Positions 42,263 to 52,585 are shown, counted from the whole stretch's first letter. The stretch: DNA of 63,330 nucleotides, filler included, from Chlamydiia bacterium (GCA_903848235.1; 14 parts of 14 records of this genome joined end to end with filler, not necessarily neighbours in it); one strand, 5' to 3'. Made by a program: numbers and translations. Notes: generated from the sequence alone by a model not told the origin.

Positions 42263-42862
42263 ATGGCAATAGAAAGTGTTGAGAAAAAATATATGTATGT
42301 GTGGGCGTCGACAGATGATAAGGGGGGAGGGGCTACATTTGTAAGGATTGATAAGATTTTTGATATGAAGGTGCATGAGGGGATTGATAGATATGAGGAT
42401 TTGAAATGGAAACAAACACAATTTGACTTGGAAGAACCCCCTAAACTTTGCCAGGAAGGGGTAAAGATAGAGCAGAAAGAGAGCGAAATTGATGAGAAAT
42501 CGACAAATCTAAAAGAAAAACGCACAAGGGGGAATAATCTTACTGGTGGCCTGGGGACAAAATGTTTTAGAAAGTATGAAAAATTTTTTAAAGACAAGCT
42601 TGTTTTAGATGCTAGATCTTCTATTAATATGGAAGAGATTTCAAACGCTTGGATAACGTGGAATTCAATACCGGAAAACAGGGGCATTTGTCTGTCAAGA
42701 GTGAGTTCTAAAGGTTGCTCGCGAACATTGGTCAACGTCGTTAATCGCCTACATCCTAACGCTCTCCACAGGACATACATGACAAGTAAGCATAGTACAA
42801 AATCTTATAAAGTTCAGTATTACGGCATGAGACTTAAGACCAAAGAGGAACTTGATCAATGA
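42263..42862 (+). CDS. hypothetical phage protein, possible D5-primase-type winged helix at C-terminus
   Basis: FFKDKLV..EISNAWITW..YYGMRLK pattern. Confidence 0.65.
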   Translation: MAIESVEKKYMYVWASTDDKGGGATFVRIDKIFDMKVHEGIDRYEDLKWKQTQFDLEEPPKLCQEGVKIEQKESEIDEKSTNLKEKRTRGNNLTGGLGTKCFRKYEKFFKDKLVLDARSSINMEEISNAWITWNSIPENRGICLSRVSSKGCSRTLVNVVNRLHPNALHRTYMTSKHSTKSYKVQYYGMRLKTKEELDQ

Positions 42863-43395
42863 AATTATTCAATAGATTTAAGAAAAAGACTAAAGAGCCA
42901 GAAGAGGCTTCACAAGACGAGATTGATAGGGCGGAAGAGGAGTTTGGATATGAGGAGTCAGTTTCTAAGACAACATTGAAAATCCCCCTTCCACCTAAGA
43001 AAGCCTGCTGGGTTATCTCGTATAGACTAGGGACGTCAGAGGAGAAAGAGGTCGTGAAGAAGACCTGCCAGTATAGGACAGGGAGATGCTATAGACACTG
43101 TTCTAACAAGGCTCTTCATACCTTCCATGGAATGGTCTCTCTTTTCATAAAATCTAGGCTTCTTCTTAGGAAAGATGCAGCTACAGAGAGTCAGGCTATA
43201 TATGACGAGTATGTGGAGTGGTGCGAAAAAAGTGGGGAGGAGATCCCAGTAAAAGATAAGGGCCATTTTTTTGCAGAGTTTAACCATACATTGAGAGATA
43301 GAATCAGTAAGTCAAGTGTATACAGGGGAACTCTTGATGGGAGGATGTGCTATAGAGGTGTGGCCCTGAAAAGTTGCTACTTTGAGAAAATCTGA
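42859..43395 (+). CDS. phage protein with D5-primase C-terminal-like DNA-binding domain
   Basis: SQAIYDEYVEWCEKSGE..FFAEF..YRGVALK. Confidence 0.7.
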   Translation: MKLFNRFKKKTKEPEEASQDEIDRAEEEFGYEESVSKTTLKIPLPPKKACWVISYRLGTSEEKEVVKKTCQYRTGRCYRHCSNKALHTFHGMVSLFIKSRLLLRKDAATESQAIYDEYVEWCEKSGEEIPVKDKGHFFAEFNHTLRDRISKSSVYRGTLDGRMCYRGVALKSCYFEKI

Positions 43396-44102
43396 TGGAA
43401 GACGACCTGTCGGCAAAACAGTTGGAGTCTTTGAGGGACTCCAACGCTAGGATTAACATCTGGGAAGGGGCAGTTAGGTCAGGGAAAACTTATGTGAGTC
43501 TCTGGCGATGGCTCAAGGAACTCACCTATGGCGATCCTGGCGAGTATTGTGTCATCACTAGGACATATGACACCTTCAAGAGAAATATCTTGCCACAGCT
43601 CACTAGAATGATAGGGGTGGATGTTAGGTATTACTCAGGGAAGAGGGAGATGGTCATTTTCAATAAAGTTATTCACATCGTTGGGGCAGATGATGAAAGA
43701 TCAGAAAGCAAAATTCGGGGGAGCACCTTCCAGGGAGCATATGTTGACGAAACCTCAATCATCCCCGAGAGCGTGTTTAGAATGCTCATCTCTCGCTGTT
43801 GCATGGCTGGAGCCAGAATTTTCTCAACAACTAATCCAGATTCCCCCTATCACTGGCTCAAGAAGGATTTCTTGACAGACAACCCAGACGTCAAGAGCTG
43901 GAAATTCACTCTAGACGACAACCCCAAACTAACCAATGATGAGAAGGAGTACTTAAGAAGGCAGTATAAGGGGATTTGGTTTCAAAGATTTATTGAAGGC
44001 AGGTGGGTACAGGCAGAAGGAGCTATATACGACTTTTTTGACGATGATCTCCATGTCATCAATTTCCCTCCTGGAGGGGCAGAGTATTATATTGTCGGGG
44101 TC
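43395..44102 (+). CDS. terL: phage terminase large subunit (PBSX-like), 3' truncated
   Basis: EGAVRSGKT Walker A, AYVDE Walker B, TTNPDSPYHWLK, FTLDDNP, GRWVQAEGAIY. Confidence 0.93.
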
Positions 44103-44202
44103 NNNNNNNNNNNNNNNNNNNNNNNNNNNNNNNNNNNNNNNNNNNNTTAATTAATTAANNNNNNNNNNNNNNNNNNNNNNNNNNNNNNNNNNNNNNNNNN
44201 NN

Positions 44203-44792
44203 CGGCTTAACGGCGCTGTATAGCCTATGACATGGCATCCGCTACGCCCTCTAGGATAGAATCTCTTCGGAGCTCTTTCGACAACAAGCCCTGGCCAGTC
44301 CTTCGCCGCCATGTTCAGCTGATAATACTGCCGCTCTGTAAGCCCTGTCTTCACAACGACAGGCGTCGTCTGAGAAAAAACCGCATAGGAGTATATAGTA
44401 TCTTCAATATGAATCGGATCGACGTCGATAGCACTCCCTAACATCTTCGAGAGAGCATGTACATACTCCTTCCGAAGAAATCGCTTCTGCCCATTGTCAA
44501 CAATCTTACGAGGAATCTCCTGAATCGCAGGCCAGAGGATGCCAACGCGATATTCAATCGTATTGGCCGCCAAAACGACATGAAACCGATCGCGAATTGT
44601 CCCTCGCATCGCAGGCTCGACAACTAGATGCCTGCGTATACGAGCTGCCTCTTGAGAGCGTGTCTCATGTTGTACTACAGCCAGATACCAAATGCGCAAA
44701 CCAATAATCAACAATCCCACGAGAACGACATACAATATCTGATTTGCCCTATGGGGAATCGATGCAAAGGCCTCTACTCGCTTTCGGTCCAT
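44203..44792 (-). CDS. pbp2: penicillin-binding protein 2 (chlamydial type), N-terminal fragment
   Basis: TM anchor, RGTIRDRF..LAAN, KDWPGL..KRFYPRG..HVIGY dimerisation-domain motifs. Confidence 0.88.
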
Positions 44793-45062
44793 GTACGTCC
44801 ACGGTCAAATGAAAAAAATGTTGTGCTCGAAAACATAACGCTATGGCAGTAGCGTCATTGATAGAGCGGTTTTTGACAAGCCTCAATCGTGAAAAAGCCG
44901 CTAGCTCGACTTTGCACAATTTTTGGACCCATATTCGAGGGAGAAGCAAACCACTGTTGACGCCATTGAGTAGCAACTCAAATGGGTAATATGGTATACA
45001 AAAAACCAATTCCCTCCTGAGAGGGAAAAAATTTCTATCAAGCCGGCATTCTGTGAGGTCTC

Positions 45063-45833
45063 ATGGGCGGAGAGGTGTTTTCTCTCTTTGACATTCCCAT
45101 CCAACGTCTTGGCTTTTCAGAGAGCCTCCATGCTGTGCTCAATGCAAGTCAAGAGACAGCGGTACGAGTGTTCTTTGTCAATGCATACTCTCTTGTCCTA
45201 TCTCAGGAAGACCGAGGGTTTAAACGGTGCTTACAGCTTGCTGAATTTTGCTTCAGTGAAGGTGGCGCCATCAATATCGCCAGCCGCTTTCTCAACGAGC
45301 CTTCTCTGCCTTCTAACATCGACAGCACGGAGTGGGTGCCAGCACTCTTTGATCTCATAGAACAGGACCCTCATCAAGAGAAGGTCTCTCTTTTTTGCCT
45401 CGGCGGAAGACGAAATTCCGTCGACACGCTCTGCGCGGAAGTCACGACGCGGTGGCCGAAGATCAAGCTGCTAGGCCACTTCCACCAAGACTATGACGCA
45501 GAAGAAGAGGATGGCATTGTCGCCATCATCGAGGAAGAACGACCCCAAATCGTGCTCCTTGGCATGGAAACGCGACATGAAGAGCAGTTTATATGCCGCC
45601 ATTGGCACCGATTGAAGAATAGCGGAGTAAAAATAGCTATTGCCGGAGGGCAGGCCGTTGACGCCATTGCTGGCACCATACCAATGACACCGCGTCTTGC
45701 GCAAGCTATCCATCTTGAATGGCTGCTTCAAATGCTCTTAGATCCACGGAGATTTTATTCCCGTTATCTCCGAGGAGGGCCATACTTTGCCTGGTACCTC
45801 ATGAAGCAAAAAGGGTTGAAAGAGCGAAAATAA
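45063..45833 (+). CDS. WecB/TagA/CpsF-family glycosyltransferase, divergent
   Basis: VFFVNA, LFCLGG, PQIVLLGM, LEWL..DPRRFYSRYL. Confidence 0.8.
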   Translation: MGGEVFSLFDIPIQRLGFSESLHAVLNASQETAVRVFFVNAYSLVLSQEDRGFKRCLQLAEFCFSEGGAINIASRFLNEPSLPSNIDSTEWVPALFDLIEQDPHQEKVSLFCLGGRRNSVDTLCAEVTTRWPKIKLLGHFHQDYDAEEEDGIVAIIEEERPQIVLLGMETRHEEQFICRHWHRLKNSGVKIAIAGGQAVDAIAGTIPMTPRLAQAIHLEWLLQMLLDPRRFYSRYLRGGPYFAWYLMKQKGLKERK

Positions 45834-45835
45834 CA

Positions 45836-46651
45836 ATGTCCACAACTGCAGACAGAGCGATTATAGCAAGTGTTCATAAAAACGGTTGCTTCTCGCGCCC
45901 CGAAGAATCGTCAGAAACCTATCTTCACACATCGTCATTGTGGGCACAGCCCGACAGCGATGACGAGTGGGAATATCCACTGACTGTGAAGAAAGTTTTT
46001 TCTGAACATTTTGATGTCGACCTTCAGAAAATCCCTGTAGAAATATCCCCAAAAGGGTTGATGCCGTGGGAGCTGGCCTGTTGCTGGATAGATCAAGATG
46101 GCCGAGGCACAATCCAAATTCGGCCAAATGAACGGTCTCAAAAATTCGTGCAGAATGAAGCCATCCTCACCCATGAGGCGGTACATGCTGTCAGAGGCCG
46201 GCTCTTCTCATCGATATTCGAAGAACACTGCGCCTATGCTGCATGCCATGAAGTTTTCCCCCAATCCTTCCCTTTCTGGAGAGCCTTTTTAGGGCCGCTC
46301 TTCACATCTCCAAAAGAAGTCATTACCCTCTTGATTCTCGTCTGGGGAACATGGGGCATCCCTATGTTTTTTGACTGGGATGTGTCCTATGTACTACTGT
46401 TGACTCTTTCTTTTTCCTATCTCCTCTACCCTTTCACGCGCCTCATTTCGCGATGGAAAGTATGGAAATCTGCCATCAAAAATATTGCCGATGAATGGCC
46501 AAGCAAAGAGTGGAAGCTGATGATCCGGCTGTCAGACCAAGAGATAGAATGGCTATCACATCTGAAAAAGGGCGATGTCAGAGAAGCCATTCACGAAAAG
46601 GCACGCCATGAATGGCGGTGGGAGTATTTCCTCGAAGACATCCTCGATTAG
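45836..46651 (+). CDS. hypothetical membrane protein with HExxH motif
   Basis: THEAVHAVR..FEEHCAY, two TM segments; start set at ATG 45836. Confidence 0.7.
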   Translation: MSTTADRAIIASVHKNGCFSRPEESSETYLHTSSLWAQPDSDDEWEYPLTVKKVFSEHFDVDLQKIPVEISPKGLMPWELACCWIDQDGRGTIQIRPNERSQKFVQNEAILTHEAVHAVRGRLFSSIFEEHCAYAACHEVFPQSFPFWRAFLGPLFTSPKEVITLLILVWGTWGIPMFFDWDVSYVLLLTLSFSYLLYPFTRLISRWKVWKSAIKNIADEWPSKEWKLMIRLSDQEIEWLSHLKKGDVREAIHEKARHEWRWEYFLEDILD

Positions 46652-46670
46652 AGACTGCAAAAGAAATACG

Positions 46671-47264
46671 TCAGACGATACTGATATCGAAACCGTGCAG
46701 CAATCCAACAACCTCTGGAAGAGAAAACTTTGCTTTCTTGATTTTGTTTGCGCAAGGGTCGATAGAATAGTTCGTTGCGCTGGAAAAGTCCGCTTTGCAT
46801 AGATCGCAATTCTGAAACGTCGTCCCTGGGAGCTCAGTGCCGCTAAAATGAGCGCCAGTAAGGCAGGTGTTTGTGAAATAGCATTCCTTGATCTTACTTC
46901 CACTAAAGTTCACATTTTTCATATTTAGACCCGAAAAATTGCAGTACTGTAGCAGGCAATTTTCGAAGTTAGCTGAAAAAAAATGTTTTGTACACTTAAA
47001 GAATTCCACACCGATAATCTTACAGTCTAAAAACTGTACGTTCTGAATACGACAACCATCGAAGGCAACAAGGCTAAGATTGCAGCCTGCAAAAATGCAG
47101 GAACACACATGTGCATTTTGAAAGAGAGTCTTCGACAGGTTACAGCTATGAAAGGAACAGTCGGAGAAACAATGATCGTTCAGCGAGATTTCTGAAAAGT
47201 TCTCAGCGTTGAAGACCCTCCCGTCATTGTCCAGCTCAACGGACAAAGTCGTTCGAGAGGCTTC
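46671..47264 (-). CDS. pentapeptide repeat protein, 5' end uncertain at contig edge
   Basis: regular (C/A)xF/L pentapeptides, CDLCKADFSSATNYSIDP. Confidence 0.9.
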   Translation of the reverse strand, partial: EASRTTLSVELDNDGRVFNAENFSEISLNDHCFSDCSFHSCNLSKTLFQNAHVCSCIFAGCNLSLVAFDGCRIQNVQFLDCKIIGVEFFKCTKHFFSANFENCLLQYCNFSGLNMKNVNFSGSKIKECYFTNTCLTGAHFSGTELPGTTFQNCDLCKADFSSATNYSIDPCANKIKKAKFSLPEVVGLLHGFDISIV

Positions 47265-47380
47265 NNNNNNNNNNNNNNNNNNNNNNNNNNNNNNNNNNNN
47301 NNNNNNNNTTAATTAATTAANNNNNNNNNNNNNNNNNNNNNNNNNNNNNNNNNNNNNNNNNNNNTGGGATATAAAAGACA

Positions 47381-50236
47381 ATGACGAACACTCCTTCATG
47401 GCTCAAGCCTGTAAAGTTACCTACAGATCAAGATTTCGATAGACCTTCCTGGCTCAAACCTGTAAATCTGCCTACAGATCAAAAGCCTGAAGAGGAGGGG
47501 GGCTTGAAGTCAGCTGCCCGCTATGGTATGCAAATAGCCAAGGCTGCGCCTTTAGCCATTCCTGGAGTCGCTCGTGGAAATTTTGCTTTATCTCTCATGA
47601 CAGGAGGAAAACTTAACGAAGAGGAGATCCCAGAAGAATATCAGAGGCCACCATTGGGCCAAGTTGGAGAAGTCCAAGAATCTCCAATTAATCAACAAAA
47701 GCCTCCTTCTGAGCAATTTGGTAACCCATTGGGCGATCTTTATCAACATATTGAAAAGGAAACTGGTCTTCCCCTATCTGCTAAAACACAAGGTCAAAAA
47801 ACTGTTGGAATAGCCTCTGATGCAGTTGCTATGGCTCCTGGGTCACTACCATATAGAAGTTTAATCGGAATAGAGGCTGCCTCTATTTATTCAGCAGCGA
47901 AGGAGATGGGCATCCCTGATGATGTCGCAGCTAATCTCGCAACAGTTGCCTCACAAATTACTGCTAGGACAGGACTTGAAAAAGAGGCTGCTAGATTATT
48001 AGAAGGCAAAAAGACATCCCCTTCTCAGAAAAATTCTACACCACAGGCTCAAAAAACTATTACTGGCCCAAAAGATATTGAGGTTACTGGGACTGATGTG
48101 ACTTCCAAACAAACAAATAAAAGCAAACTTCCCCCGTCTCCACCTGTTACTGAATCTCAAGTCGAGTTTCCAGAGGGATTTGAGGGTGTCCCCTCTGCCA
48201 AAATAGGCCAGATGGTCAAGCAAAGGATACCAGAAGCTACGCCTCCATCAATGAAGTTAATTACCCCTTCCTCACCAGAACTACCCCCTGAAGTCCAGTC
48301 TCCTCAACTGCCAAAAACTCCAGAATTCCAACCTCCTGAATTATCAAAAATTCCAGAGTTTCAATCTCTCCAGCCACTTCCTCCTAAGCCAGAGAAAAAA
48401 CTCCCTCCAGTTGTCCAAGAGGCGACTTTTGACTCTAGCCATGAACCCGTCACTCTTAATGGAACCATTGGGAATATGTTTTCTACTCATCCAGTAAAGA
48501 GCCCTACAGAGGGTGGGTCAATGGTTGTTAAGTCTATTGACCAGGGGACGAACAAACTTTGGAAAGAGGTTAATGATAATTATGATATAGCAAAGTATTT
48601 ATATAAAGGAAAGAAGAGTATATACCCTAAGTTAATCGAATCTTTAGTTAAAGATATAGAGTCTTTATCTGAAAGATCTATGGCATCATTGGCTAATTCT
48701 GAAAGAAAGCTATTAAGAAGATCAAAAGGCATATTATCAAATATTGCTATATTAGCTCCTGAAGACTACAAGGGATTTACTGTACAAGGATATGTGCCAA
48801 GACAATATGCTGTTTCTAATCTCATCAATACAAGGAAGTCTAATAATGATGATATAAATTTTGACTGGGAACAAGGGGACAAATCTGGAAGGTTGAAACC
48901 TTTGTCTGAGGCATTGGAATTAGCTATAGAATCAGCAGGTGGGACGAAAGAAGCTCTGGCAGCTTATAAAAAAGCTAATGATTTTTACAGAACTCGATGG
49001 GCTGAAGTCTATTTAAATGATAAAATTGCCCCATACAGAGATAATAGTAAGAATGAGAATACTACAAAACTATTTAATAATGCTACTAAAGATATTGATA
49101 CATACTTAGCATTAAAAAAAGCTCTTACTTCTCAAGAGAATAAAGATGGCCCTGTTGTTTTATCAATAATAAAGAGGCATTTAGTACAAGACAGACTTCA
49201 AAGGATAATAGAAAAACCAGAAAATGTGAATTCTATTGATTATAACAATCTCATGAGTGAGCTCGATCCAATTTTGACCCCTCAAGAAAAATCCAACATT
49301 GATGAGATTTTTAAAAATATAGTCGCCCAACGGTCAGCAGAGGTTGCGAGAGTAGCGAGGGAGACTGAATATGCGAAGCAAGAAATTGAGAGACAGAAGC
49401 AGGTAGAAATAGAGTATGGGCAAAAAGTTAAAGAAAGGAATGCGATAGAAACATCTCAAAATAAACAGATAGCAGATGTAAACAGGGCTAGAAATAAACA
49501 GATAGCAGAGGCAAACAGGGCTAGAAAGGAACAATTGAAAGAGCATAATAGAATCGTAAGCGCGATGCAGACGGAGACACAAAAGAAACAGAAAGATTAT
49601 AAAAATGAGATACTAAAGAGGCAGAAAGATTATGAAGATGAGATAGTTAATAGACAGAAACTATTAGAAAAAAGGGCAAAAAATTGGAAGGCAGGTAATG
49701 CCCAGATTGAAAAGATCAGGAACATGTCTGATGTAGAGGTCTCCAACTATATGGACTCAGAGGAGGGTCTAAAGACAGTTGGCGCAATCATGACAAAATC
49801 CAAGAGAGGTCTTCGTGACTTTGAGATTGTAGGAAGGGCAAAAGGCGCTCAAATGTTATTTAGTGGAAAAGGCCATGCCGACCCTGAAGACATACTAAAA
49901 ATTATTGATAATATTGATAAGAGGAGATACCTAGAATTATGTATTGGGGGGAAAGAAGTTGCCAGGATTCAAAAAGAAGCTAAGTTGGCTCTTAAGATAA
50001 GGGAGTTGTTAAAACTTCGACATCTTAAAGAATCTGAATTCACCATGCCTATAAACTGGAAAGAAAATCTAAAAGATCCAGAAGCAGTATTAAAATTTGC
50101 AAAAGGACTTCTTACTAAAGAAGGTTTTGCAAAAACAATATCTAAGATATTAAAGACTAATTTCAATAATTCAGATGTACTCGAAGCCCTGAAATCTATT
50201 GACGAAGAGTTGATGAAGGCGTCAAAGAGTAAATAG
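47381..50236 (+). CDS. 951-aa phage-like protein with internal tandem repeats (possible internal virion protein)
   Basis: long AT-rich ORF; PSWLKPVxLPTDQ x2, NKQIAxxNRAR x2, KDYxxEIxxRQ x2; function inferred only. Confidence 0.65.
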   Translation: MTNTPSWLKPVKLPTDQDFDRPSWLKPVNLPTDQKPEEEGGLKSAARYGMQIAKAAPLAIPGVARGNFALSLMTGGKLNEEEIPEEYQRPPLGQVGEVQESPINQQKPPSEQFGNPLGDLYQHIEKETGLPLSAKTQGQKTVGIASDAVAMAPGSLPYRSLIGIEAASIYSAAKEMGIPDDVAANLATVASQITARTGLEKEAARLLEGKKTSPSQKNSTPQAQKTITGPKDIEVTGTDVTSKQTNKSKLPPSPPVTESQVEFPEGFEGVPSAKIGQMVKQRIPEATPPSMKLITPSSPELPPEVQSPQLPKTPEFQPPELSKIPEFQSLQPLPPKPEKKLPPVVQEATFDSSHEPVTLNGTIGNMFSTHPVKSPTEGGSMVVKSIDQGTNKLWKEVNDNYDIAKYLYKGKKSIYPKLIESLVKDIESLSERSMASLANSERKLLRRSKGILSNIAILAPEDYKGFTVQGYVPRQYAVSNLINTRKSNNDDINFDWEQGDKSGRLKPLSEALELAIESAGGTKEALAAYKKANDFYRTRWAEVYLNDKIAPYRDNSKNENTTKLFNNATKDIDTYLALKKALTSQENKDGPVVLSIIKRHLVQDRLQRIIEKPENVNSIDYNNLMSELDPILTPQEKSNIDEIFKNIVAQRSAEVARVARETEYAKQEIERQKQVEIEYGQKVKERNAIETSQNKQIADVNRARNKQIAEANRARKEQLKEHNRIVSAMQTETQKKQKDYKNEILKRQKDYEDEIVNRQKLLEKRAKNWKAGNAQIEKIRNMSDVEVSNYMDSEEGLKTVGAIMTKSKRGLRDFEIVGRAKGAQMLFSGKGHADPEDILKIIDNIDKRRYLELCIGGKEVARIQKEAKLALKIRELLKLRHLKESEFTMPINWKENLKDPEAVLKFAKGLLTKEGFAKTISKILKTNFNNSDVLEALKSIDEELMKASKSK

Positions 50237-50242
50237 AATTAC

Positions 50243-50410
50243 TCATTTTGGCTCTGGCTCCTTCTTCCCATTCGCCTCATCCATTATCTGCTGAATTATA
50301 TTTGCCTGTTCTTTCTGGGTTATGAAGAATGACTCGTCTTCTCTATCATGGCTCACTGCGTAGAGGTCTCCAAAAGATGGAGATCTCGGTATCGATGAAG
50401 TTGGTTCCAT
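50243..50410 (-). CDS. small hypothetical protein (55 aa)
   Basis: RBS AGAGG, MEPTSSIPRSPSFGDLY..EPK*; follows 50419..50667; missed by the track. Confidence 0.55.
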   Translation of the reverse strand: MEPTSSIPRSPSFGDLYAVSHDREDESFFITQKEQANIIQQIMDEANGKKEPEPK

Positions 50411-50418
50411 TTTTTCCT

Positions 50419-50667
50419 CTATTTAACTTGTCTATGTTTTTCTTCGATCGAGCACAACTTATCATGGAAATCCCTCATCTCTTTCGAGGCGTCTTCCCTG
50501 ATAGCGTACAACTTCCCATGAAAATCGCTCATTTCTTTGGCGATAGCATCAATCTTCTTATCTGTATGCAGGTACAACGCTATAGTTATCCCAATGCTAG
50601 TGACAATCATGGCCAGATTTGCCCCTATTACAGTCAGAATCTGAGCCCATTGCACATCTATATTCAC
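50419..50667 (-). CDS. small membrane-anchored coiled-coil protein (DFHG-L-C family)
   Basis: TM helix then KEMSDFHGKLYAI / KEMRDFHDKLCSI internal duplication. Confidence 0.75.
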   Translation of the reverse strand: MNIDVQWAQILTVIGANLAMIVTSIGITIALYLHTDKKIDAIAKEMSDFHGKLYAIREDASKEMRDFHDKLCSIEEKHRQVK

Positions 50668-50679
50668 GAACTATTTCTC

Positions 50680-50755
50680 TATTTAATTTGCTTGTATTTT
50701 TCTTCCAGAGCACAAAGTCTTCCATGGAAATCTTTAATTTCATCTTTGATTGACA
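50680..50755 (-). CDS. C-terminus of a tandem paralog of 50419..50667
   Basis: SIKDEIKDFHGRLCALEEKYKQIK*. Confidence 0.7.
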
Positions 50756-50996
50756 NNNNNNNNNNNNNNNNNNNNNNNNNNNNNNNNNNNNNNNNNNNNT
50801 TAATTAATTAANNNNNNNNNNNNNNNNNNNNNNNNNNNNNNNNNNNNNNNNNNNNGAACGCAAATAAGCGAGCCATGAAGGTGATATCCTTATTTCATAT
50901 GCTCATTATTATTTCTGATCAATTTCGTTTATAGTTATAATCAAACATAACATGCTTATAGAAAATATTATTTTATTACTAAAACAAGGATGTTTT

Positions 50997-51227
50997 ATGT
51001 CATTTCAGGCTTTAGATAACCTGCCCCCTCTCGGTGGTGCTTTCTCACCACTGGCTGCCGCAGATGTTTCTGACGACAGTAGTGATAGGGCCTTACTGAA
51101 AGATACCACAGACGCCATTGTCCAAGAGCTTTGTAGGAAAGCGCTGATGCAAAAAGATGCTGCTTCGCTGGTTGCCATTGGGGATATATACGCAAAGGGC
51201 GCAGGGGCGTTGCCGCCCCCGCTGTAG
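50997..51227 (+). pseudogene. 5' part of a Sel1-repeat gene split by inversion
   Basis: ends in the first half of a Sel1 repeat, DAASLVAIGDIYAKGAGA. Confidence 0.7.
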
Positions 51228-51238
51228 GAGAACACAGC

Positions 51239-52585
51239 TTATTGTTGACTTGGTAGAAAATCCTTGAGCCTTGGAAGTTGTTCTAGCAATTGAGGTTCCC
51301 ATGCTAAATTTTCCCGATACTCAGGATTTTTTTCCAAAAAAGCGCCTAGCCTTTGTATGTAGAGATTGATCCATCTCTGGGCGGCCGATTCGCATCCCTC
51401 TTCTTCGTCGTCTCGTTCACTTTCCGAAGCTGACGAAGGCTCACTCTCCGAATCTGATGAAGAGGCCTCTTCAGCCATTTTCCTATGTAGTGCTCGTTCT
51501 ATTTCCGATATAATATCGTCACATCCATACGATTTTAGCCACCGTATGGCCGTAGGATGGCCCCGGTTTGCGGCCGCAATAAAGTAGGGACGGGCTCTTT
51601 GAAAACAGTCTTTTCCACCTTCGTGCTCCTCTCGCCTTGCCTGGGTCCAGCGAGCCAAAAGCATCATGACTTCAGGGCTGAGTCTATCATCTCTTGCAAA
51701 AATGGCCTGTATGGCGGCTCTTTCAGCAGACAGCATATCAGCAGCAAGGGAGTGCACAGCCTCTTTCCGTACTTGGCCCACCAGAGCCAGTATTCCCGCT
51801 AGCAGTTGAGACGGCACCATTGTCTCCTTCACCATGTACGGATCTATTCCGTGTCGTTGACATAAAGCGCCAAGAATATTTTCTTGATACATCTGCCGAG
51901 AGGATACAGCGTCTGCACGTTCGTCTGCTGGCCATAATGAATTCAATAACGACAGCTGTTCAAAGCCGAGCATGATGGCGCTTTTCTCCAACTCTTCATC
52001 GCCCTGTACTTTGCGCAAACACGTTTCATCTTCGTTCACCTGTTCTAAACACAGATCATGCATGAAGCGATTGGCCGCCTCTTCACACTGCACGTCAAGG
52101 GGGATTCCTTCCTGTATCTCCTTCCCTAGACAGGTACCACGGCCATATGCTAAGTATAATTCAGGGTCAGATGCTCCACCATCACTCCCGATTCTAAGCT
52201 GTCTTTCAACCCATGAATACTCAGAATAGAGGCTCAACAGCCGCTTCTTAGCATCTATATGACCTGCATCAGCCGCCAAACGAAGCCAACGAAAACATTC
52301 CGGCCCATTTTCCTTGTTCTCTATAGTGCCATCGCTGCACCCTCCCGGAACTGAGCAAAGTGACATACTATACATTCCTTCTGGGTCGCCACCACGCGCC
52401 GCCTCGGTTATAAGACGTTTGCGTTCGAAATACACTAAGAATGAATGCTGTCCAGCAGCGAGTTGGGCAAAATCCAAGTTCACCAAACGCATCTTCGCCT
52501 GTGCACTCCCTTCCGCGGCCCCCCTTCTATACCACCGTATAGCCAACCCGTCGTCGCGCTCAACCGCTCTCCAAAACATGTTCAT
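51239..52585 (-). pseudogene. 3' part of the Sel1-repeat gene, inverted
   Basis: begins with the second half of a Sel1 repeat, AVERDDGLAIRWYRRGAAEG; more repeats FRWLRLAADAGH, YFIAAANRGH. Confidence 0.75.

Noticed and set aside
42091..42780. 229-aa minus-strand ORF
   Set aside because: Antisense shadow of coupled + strand phage genes.
50329..50755. 160-aa plus-strand ORF
   Set aside because: Antisense to three minus-strand genes, two of which share a conserved motif.
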